Made by a program: the position numbers and the translations under genes. Below, in pieces: positions 58,647 to 64,000 of a stretch of 64,000 nt of DNA. The stretch is from sequence record MT596505.1. The stretch is one strand, 5' to 3'. The first letter of the stretch is position 1, and each line of letters starts with the position of its first letter. This DNA comes from Staphylococcus phage vB_SepM_BE08. Below the pieces are notes generated by a model. It ran no database searches and had not been told where the DNA came from. It worked only from the letters and a program-made list of their open reading frames with translations.

Positions 58647-58915
58647 TCTCCTTTTTTAATATCTTTATGAAGTTTTTTTAACTCTGATATTTCTTCTTCA
58701 AGTTCTTTAATTTGAGATACACTCGATGTTGATGATTCTAATGCTTCTTTTTCATGGTTTTTTAATTCAATCTCATAGTCAACCATTTTTAATCTCTTAT
58801 TAATTTCTCTTTTCTCTATTTCTTTCCTTACATACTCAAATAGCTTAGTTGCTCCAATAATTATACCTAGTATGATTACTACAAAAATTAAAGCAACTAA
58901 TAGTAACCAAGCCAT
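58643..58915 (-). CDS. small membrane protein with a coiled coil (possible NfeD-like partner of the SPFH protein)
   Basis: 90-aa ORF with an N-terminal TM helix and a 4-nt overlap with the SPFH gene. Confidence 0.45.
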   Translation of the reverse strand: MAWLLLVALIFVVIILGIIIGATKLFEYVRKEIEKREINKRLKMVDYEIELKNHEKEALESSTSSVSQIKELEEEISELKKLHKDIKKGE

Positions 58916-58985
58916 ATATACCTAACCTACTTTCTTCTCTTTAACTATTCTTGTTTAAGTTTATCTTTTTGTTCAGGTGTTAACA

Positions 58986-61322
58986 TTAACTATCTCTCCA
59001 AACTTGATTTATTTCATTATGAGTTCTTCCTGTTTCATTTTTTGCAAATTCTTCTTGCATTTTTCTTAAAGTGATAATATCTGTATTCTTAAGTTCTTTT
59101 CTAGTTAAATTAGAATAATCACGAACCCAGTAATAAAAAGCTCTTAAACTTTCGTTTTCTTGTAAAATTCTTTGAATAGGTCGTCTATCATTACCTTTAG
59201 CTAAGCTTTCTACGATACCTCTCATGTATTTCCAGTCATTATAGTACTTAGATTTATACTTAAACATAAAACCATTTGAATCTTCAAATACATATCCTTC
59301 ATGTTTAATATCTAAAGAATTATGATTATTCTTATACCAATCATAAAACTCTACCCAAGTATCGAACATAAGAGACCATGATTTAAAAGGTACTCCGATA
59401 GATAAAGCAAATGTATAAGTATTGGAATAACTTTCTTTTTTGAATTCTAAAGTATTATGAATAATATCTAATAAAACGATATGACTTTTATCATATTCAA
59501 TGATATGTGGGTCGTTTTCAATATCAATAACTTCAAACACTAAAGTTCTATCATGTTCTTTAAGATACTTAACGATTGTTTCTACTTGAATATCATCAAA
59601 CTGCTTATCAAATAAATCTTTAAACCATAGAGCATAATCATTATTATGCTTACTTAAATGTGTTTTTGATTTACTACAAAAGACTAAATCATCAATGTTA
59701 GAATCAAAGTAAACTAAACCTAAATAACCATTCTCTTTTTTATAACCATATAACGGAAATTTAATAATATCAGGTAATGCATCTAATTTTGTCTCAGGTC
59801 TTTCATTAATATTGAAAAATTTATTATAACCTCTACCTAAAATTTTATTTACTAGAGTATCAATAAATAATCCTCTAGCACTTACTGTTAATTGGTTCCA
59901 TCTTTTTTTATCAAATGCTTTTTTAGTAAAGTTAACAGATACTACATAATTGTACTGTTCAATGACTTTGATAGATTTTTTCTCTTCTTTAGCTAAACTT
60001 AAATATTTATCTACTGTTAAATCTTTATCAATTGATTTTAAATAGTCTTCATTAACTAAGAACTTATGATTAAATTTTTCATTTTTAATTAATACGGGGT
60101 CAATAGAGTTGTCACTATTAATCGTTACTGCTCTTAAGTAACCACCTTTTTCAACTCTACCTTCTAAGTTGATAGAATTTTTTGTTAAATCTAAACGTTC
60201 ACGATATAAATTTCTATGACCGTGAATCTGAATAACTGAACTATCTTTCCATTTACTGTCTACATCAAATTCATAACTACCTACACCATTAATAAGTTGA
60301 TGTGTTGATACTTTATTTAAATTATCTAACATATTAGGTAAGATACCACCATGATTAATAACATAGTACTGTCCTCTATAATTAAAGTATAGAACTTGTT
60401 GTAAGTTTCTTAAAATAGCACGTACTCGTTTAGGTGTAATACCATTATCAAGGAAAGATTTTAACGTGTACACAAAACCTCTAGCTTTAAATACATCTAA
60501 GGCTAATTTAAATAGTTTAGTTTTATCATCACTAACTTCATGGAGCTCTTTATACGTATCTGTATCTAAGTGAGCATACCTACGTAAATGTCTTTCATGA
60601 TTACCTTCTAATAATTCTACATTGTCTAAGTTATGGATAAGTTCTAAATAATCAAAAGTTTCTTTAGGTTCTAAACCTCTATCAAAGTAATCTCCTACAA
60701 AAATGAATAATTCGTTAGGGTGGTCTACAATGTAGTTATAACTAGCAAATTCATTTAAAGCTGTGAAACAAGAATGTACATCACCGATAACATGAATTTT
60801 ATCATAATGATTTACTTCCATAAAATCTTTATCCCACTCAAGAGAATCTAATACTTCTTCAGGTTTTAATTCTTTTGCAACGCTAGGAATATGCTCATGT
60901 TGTAGTCTTTCATAAATATTCTCAATAACTTCTACAGGAACTTGTTTTAATTTTTCCCTTTGGTTATTACGTTCAATTAATGTGTCTAAGTCTTCTTCTA
61001 AGGTTACTACATAAACACGATAACCATATACTTTAGCTAACTTCTCATATCGTTTAATTAATTTACCTGTAGAGTGTGTAGCATCAATTACAGTAAATTC
61101 ACCATTACTCATACGATTCTCTAAAATTTCAAATAATGTTTTCCAAACTAGATTATCTTTATCTTGAGTAATCGCTATTCTACCTTCTTCATTATAGATA
61201 GGTGAACCGAATTGTAATCTTAAAGTGTCTGGACTTAATGTGTAATTTTCTAGTCCTTTCTCTTTAATAAAAGTAGATTTACCTACACCTGGTACACCTC
61301 TCATTAATAATAATTGTTTCAT
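58986..61322 (-). CDS. trifunctional polynucleotide 5'-kinase / 2',3'-phosphoesterase / RNA ligase (Pnkp-like RNA end-healing and sealing enzyme)
   Basis: N-terminal P-loop kinase (GVPGVGKST, then DTLR). Central calcineurin-like metallophosphoesterase (GDVHS, GDYFDRG, GNHE). C-terminal nucleotidyltransferase-like motifs (KENGYLG as motif I KxNG, EGYVFE, FKYKSKYY as motif V KxK). RBS AAGGAGAGG. Confidence 0.7.
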   Translation of the reverse strand: MKQLLLMRGVPGVGKSTFIKEKGLENYTLSPDTLRLQFGSPIYNEEGRIAITQDKDNLVWKTLFEILENRMSNGEFTVIDATHSTGKLIKRYEKLAKVYGYRVYVVTLEEDLDTLIERNNQREKLKQVPVEVIENIYERLQHEHIPSVAKELKPEEVLDSLEWDKDFMEVNHYDKIHVIGDVHSCFTALNEFASYNYIVDHPNELFIFVGDYFDRGLEPKETFDYLELIHNLDNVELLEGNHERHLRRYAHLDTDTYKELHEVSDDKTKLFKLALDVFKARGFVYTLKSFLDNGITPKRVRAILRNLQQVLYFNYRGQYYVINHGGILPNMLDNLNKVSTHQLINGVGSYEFDVDSKWKDSSVIQIHGHRNLYRERLDLTKNSINLEGRVEKGGYLRAVTINSDNSIDPVLIKNEKFNHKFLVNEDYLKSIDKDLTVDKYLSLAKEEKKSIKVIEQYNYVVSVNFTKKAFDKKRWNQLTVSARGLFIDTLVNKILGRGYNKFFNINERPETKLDALPDIIKFPLYGYKKENGYLGLVYFDSNIDDLVFCSKSKTHLSKHNNDYALWFKDLFDKQFDDIQVETIVKYLKEHDRTLVFEVIDIENDPHIIEYDKSHIVLLDIIHNTLEFKKESYSNTYTFALSIGVPFKSWSLMFDTWVEFYDWYKNNHNSLDIKHEGYVFEDSNGFMFKYKSKYYNDWKYMRGIVESLAKGNDRRPIQRILQENESLRAFYYWVRDYSNLTRKELKNTDIITLRKMQEEFAKNETGRTHNEINQVWRDS

Positions 61323-61339
61323 AATTACCTCTCCTTTTA

Positions 61340-61603
61340 TTATTTAATACTAATAAATTCTATACTGTTTAAAGGTACCCAAACATCGTCTTCTGTTGAA
61401 TTACTTGCAAAAAATAGTGAAAATGTATCAGCGTCACAGTTTTTTAACAACTTAATAAGACTATCTCTCTCTTCAATTGAAACATTAATATCCATATATT
61501 TCCCACTTTTTAGAGCTACTGTGACTTTATATTGTTTTTCTTCTTTAAAATTTTCCATATTATTCATTGAAATATCTCCTTTATTTTTTGATATATACAT
61601 CAT
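61340..61603 (-). CDS. hypothetical protein
   Basis: 87-aa ORF with RBS AAAGGAGATATT. Confidence 0.45.
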   Translation of the reverse strand: MMYISKNKGDISMNNMENFKEEKQYKVTVALKSGKYMDINVSIEERDSLIKLLKNCDADTFSLFFASNSTEDDVWVPLNSIEFISIK

Positions 61604-61928
61604 ATTTAGTGTCTAATTCTCTATTACCTGTTATGAAATAAATTTTACTTTTCTTTGATACTGTATATGTTGTTTTCTTTATATAACTTTTATTACTCTC
61701 ATGTGCTTTTACGTCAACAGAAGATACTGATGCTATTTCATTGAATTGTTCTGCTGAAATTACTGATACATTTTTATCTTTTAAAGCTACTTCTTTAGGT
61801 AAAATAATAGTTACTCCTATTAGTAAAATACCTATAAATCCTAAAAATTCAAAACTTTTTTTTCTCTTTTTTATCCCTACGTACCATGATACTACTGTTA
61901 GAATTAAAATAATAAAATAAAAAATCAT
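61581..61928 (-). CDS. membrane protein with two TM helices
   Basis: 115-aa ORF with RBS AAAGGAGGTATATT. Confidence 0.5.
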   Translation of the reverse strand: MIFYFIILILTVVSWYVGIKKRKKSFEFLGFIGILLIGVTIILPKEVALKDKNVSVISAEQFNEIASVSSVDVKAHESNKSYIKKTTYTVSKKSKIYFITGNRELDTKYDVYIKK

Positions 61929-61981
61929 AATATACCTCCTTTAACTTAACTATAAACTATAATAACTTTTTTGTCAAGTAC

Positions 61982-62551
61982 TTATTTAAACTCAATTAAA
62001 TCTTTATGTACATCTTCAGGTTCTAAATAATACTTTTTAGCGGTTTTAGTTATGCCTATTAGTTTATCATTTGTGTTATCCTTATCTACAATCAAACTAT
62101 TAATTTGCTCTTGTATAATATTTTTCGTATTAGGGTTCTTTGTTTTAATTTTACTTATTTCTTTTTCATAAATTTTAATTTGAATATCATTACGTTTTTT
62201 GATTAAAGGTCTAACTTCTTTATTTAACTTACGTTTAATAAAATCACTAATATCATCTCTAGTATCCTTTATAGATTCCCAATCAGCTTCATTATCACTC
62301 ATAATAGTAATAATATTTAAGTGTTTATCAATAACAAGTTTATGCTCTTTAAATACATAAACTTCTCGACCCTTTTCTTGTTGTGTAACATAAGTAGCTT
62401 TATTTAAAGCTTGAGCTACCCACTCTTTTGCTTTCTCTCTTGATGAGTTTTCTACACGCATTAAAAATCTTTCATATGCATGGTTTGTTATATTTACGTG
62501 TTTACTTAAAATAGGTTTTTTTCTTTCCACTATATTTAGCATGTTTAACAT
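61982..62551 (-). CDS. hypothetical protein
   Basis: 189-aa ORF with RBS AGGAGATG and an early promoter at about 62596. Confidence 0.5.
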   Translation of the reverse strand: MLNMLNIVERKKPILSKHVNITNHAYERFLMRVENSSREKAKEWVAQALNKATYVTQQEKGREVYVFKEHKLVIDKHLNIITIMSDNEADWESIKDTRDDISDFIKRKLNKEVRPLIKKRNDIQIKIYEKEISKIKTKNPNTKNIIQEQINSLIVDKDNTNDKLIGITKTAKKYYLEPEDVHKDLIEFK

Positions 62552-62634
62552 CTCCTTATTTGTTATGTCTTAATGATACTATAATTTATATTAGATGTCA
62601 ATACTTTTTATAAAAAAAGAAGTGTAGTTTTATA

Positions 62635-62958
62635 CTACACTTCATCCACTACATTTTGTGCTTCTTTAAACATTGTATCTTCTAAGTTATAAATCTCACT
62701 TAAAGTAAATTGCAATGCGTCACTAATTCTAGATAGTGCAATTCTTTCAGTAACTTTAATATTTAATTTAGTAAAGTGTTGTTTTACTAGTCCGTTATCT
62801 GTTTCTAATACCGTATCTCCATTAACTTTAATTACAAATTCGTTATTATCTTTGAGTAGTCGTAATGAACCTACATCAAAAGATTCTAACAATTTAACAA
62901 TACTATTTAAAATACTTAACTCTGATTCTTTTAATACTGATAATTTTTCATTATTCAT
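62635..62958 (-). CDS. hypothetical protein
   Basis: 107-aa ORF with RBS AAGGAGTGAATT. Confidence 0.5.
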   Translation of the reverse strand: MNNEKLSVLKESELSILNSIVKLLESFDVGSLRLLKDNNEFVIKVNGDTVLETDNGLVKQHFTKLNIKVTERIALSRISDALQFTLSEIYNLEDTMFKEAQNVVDEV

Positions 62959-62961
62959 ATA

Positions 62962-63462
62962 TTAATTCACTCCTTCTTTGTAATGAATTGAATAGCCTTC
63001 TACTTGAGATAATAAGAATTCTAAATCTACAGTTGAGTCATGTTCTTTAAACTCGATTAAAAATGTATTATTTCTATCACTTTTAAATGCATGTTTGAAT
63101 TTATTAATCTCATTTTCTAAACTATAAACATCATTTTTATTTACTTTAATAACTTTACCACTCTTCAAGTTGATAACGAGTTCGGTTGGTCTTTTAATGA
63201 TGTCAGCATATGTTTCTAGTTCTCTCTTTTGTTTTTCGTGATACTGAATTACTAACGTTAAATCAGAACCTTTTAGACCTTCTTTATTAAAGTTAGCATT
63301 TAAGTCATTACCATTAGATAGTGTGACATGGTTGTCTAGTTTTCTACTTTCTCTAATAATTAAGTCCTCATCTTGTAAATGAATAATGATACTTCCTTTA
63401 CGTACTTCATAATTATATCCATACTGGCTTAACTTATCTTCAATTAAATCTTGATATAACAT
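62962..63462 (-). CDS. hypothetical protein
   Basis: 166-aa ORF with RBS AAAGGTGGAAAAT. Confidence 0.5.
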   Translation of the reverse strand: MLYQDLIEDKLSQYGYNYEVRKGSIIIHLQDEDLIIRESRKLDNHVTLSNGNDLNANFNKEGLKGSDLTLVIQYHEKQKRELETYADIIKRPTELVINLKSGKVIKVNKNDVYSLENEINKFKHAFKSDRNNTFLIEFKEHDSTVDLEFLLSQVEGYSIHYKEGVN

Positions 63463-63815
63463 TATTTTTCCACCTTTTTCTTTATTAAATTATCTATATC
63501 AGGTTCATTAAATGATTTAATAATATATCTACCTTTCTTATTAAAAATAACATCAAAGAAACCATCATCTTGTAACCTAATAACTGCTTCAATATTAAAC
63601 TGCTTTAACTTTTTAAATATTTCTGTTGTCATAGGTGATTCAAAAACAAAAACAACATCTTTATTTTTTTGTTTATTAACATGTTTTTTATTGAAGTTTG
63701 TAATACTACCATAACATAATTTATTTTTCTTGTCAATACCTTTAAAGTATTTTTTCATAGAATCATTTAAGTATGGTTCTTCTTGTTTTTTATACGGAAA
63801 TGCTACTATAATCAT
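63462..63815 (-). CDS. hypothetical protein
   Basis: 117-aa ORF with RBS AAAGGATATAGAAG, overlapping the stop of the upstream gene. Confidence 0.5.
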   Translation of the reverse strand: MIIVAFPYKKQEEPYLNDSMKKYFKGIDKKNKLCYGSITNFNKKHVNKQKNKDVVFVFESPMTTEIFKKLKQFNIEAVIRLQDDGFFDVIFNKKGRYIIKSFNEPDIDNLIKKKVEK

Positions 63816-64000
63816 CTTCTATATCCTTTCAAATATAATATCTTATGAAAATACTCTATTGCTCTGTGTGCTTTAGCTATTGTTGTAGCGTACTCTAATA
63901 ATTCATTTTCTGATAGAGGTTTTTCTGTATCTCTTTTTATATCTGCTACTAAGTTTACTTTATCTAAACCATCATCATAAATAACAGGAGCATATTCTAA
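63812..64000 (-). CDS. 3' end of a gene whose start lies beyond the window (partial)
   Basis: The frame is open to the window edge (...IKRDTEKPLSENELLEYATTIAKAHRAIEYFHKILYLKGYRR*). Its stop overlaps the next ATG (ATGA). Confidence 0.45.
   Translation of the reverse strand, partial: LEYAPVIYDDGLDKVNLVADIKRDTEKPLSENELLEYATTIAKAHRAIEYFHKILYLKGYRR

Noticed and set aside
61314-61616. Plus-strand 100-aa ORF
   Set aside because: Antisense to the gene 61340-61603.

Overview
This window is an AT-rich (roughly 30% GC) 64-kb segment of a large virulent Staphylococcus myophage of the Twort-like type (Herelleviridae, Twortvirinae-like); there is no bacterial chromosome in it. It has three transcriptional blocks. 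Positions 1 to about 11.3 kb are minus-strand and hold the 5' end of the morphogenesis module: major capsid protein (truncated at the window start), an acidic protein, prohead protease, portal, and a terminase large subunit gene split into three exons by two group I introns, the larger carrying a homing endonuclease (HEG). Positions 11.4 to 32.3 kb are plus-strand and hold lysis genes (holin, then a CHAP-amidase-SH3b endolysin) plus an accessory region: an XRE-family (HTH) regulator, RNase H, PhoH, three tandem DNA methyltransferases, two HNH endonucleases, a nucleoside 2-deoxyribosyltransferase, a PQ-loop/PnuC-like membrane protein, MazG, a secreted transglycosylase-like protein and a thermonuclease. 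The same block contains two promoter-to-terminator units with no ORF, which are candidate ncRNAs. Positions 32.3 to 64 kb are minus-strand and consist of dozens of small, mostly acidic early genes, each behind its own near-consensus sigma-70-like promoter (UP element, TTGACA, 17-18 nt, TATAAT) and a conserved leader. Embedded in this block are a pentapeptide-repeat protein, an SPFH/band-7 protein with a small membrane partner, and a 778-aa kinase-phosphatase-ligase fusion resembling bacterial Pnkp (a tRNA/RNA repair enzyme). Further structure includes repeated operator-like palindromes, iteron-like direct repeats in a gene-free region, microsatellites including an (AAT)38 run that encodes a 38-residue poly-Asn tract, and several tandem paralog pairs. 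All domain calls rest on motifs read by eye from the translations; no database search was possible.
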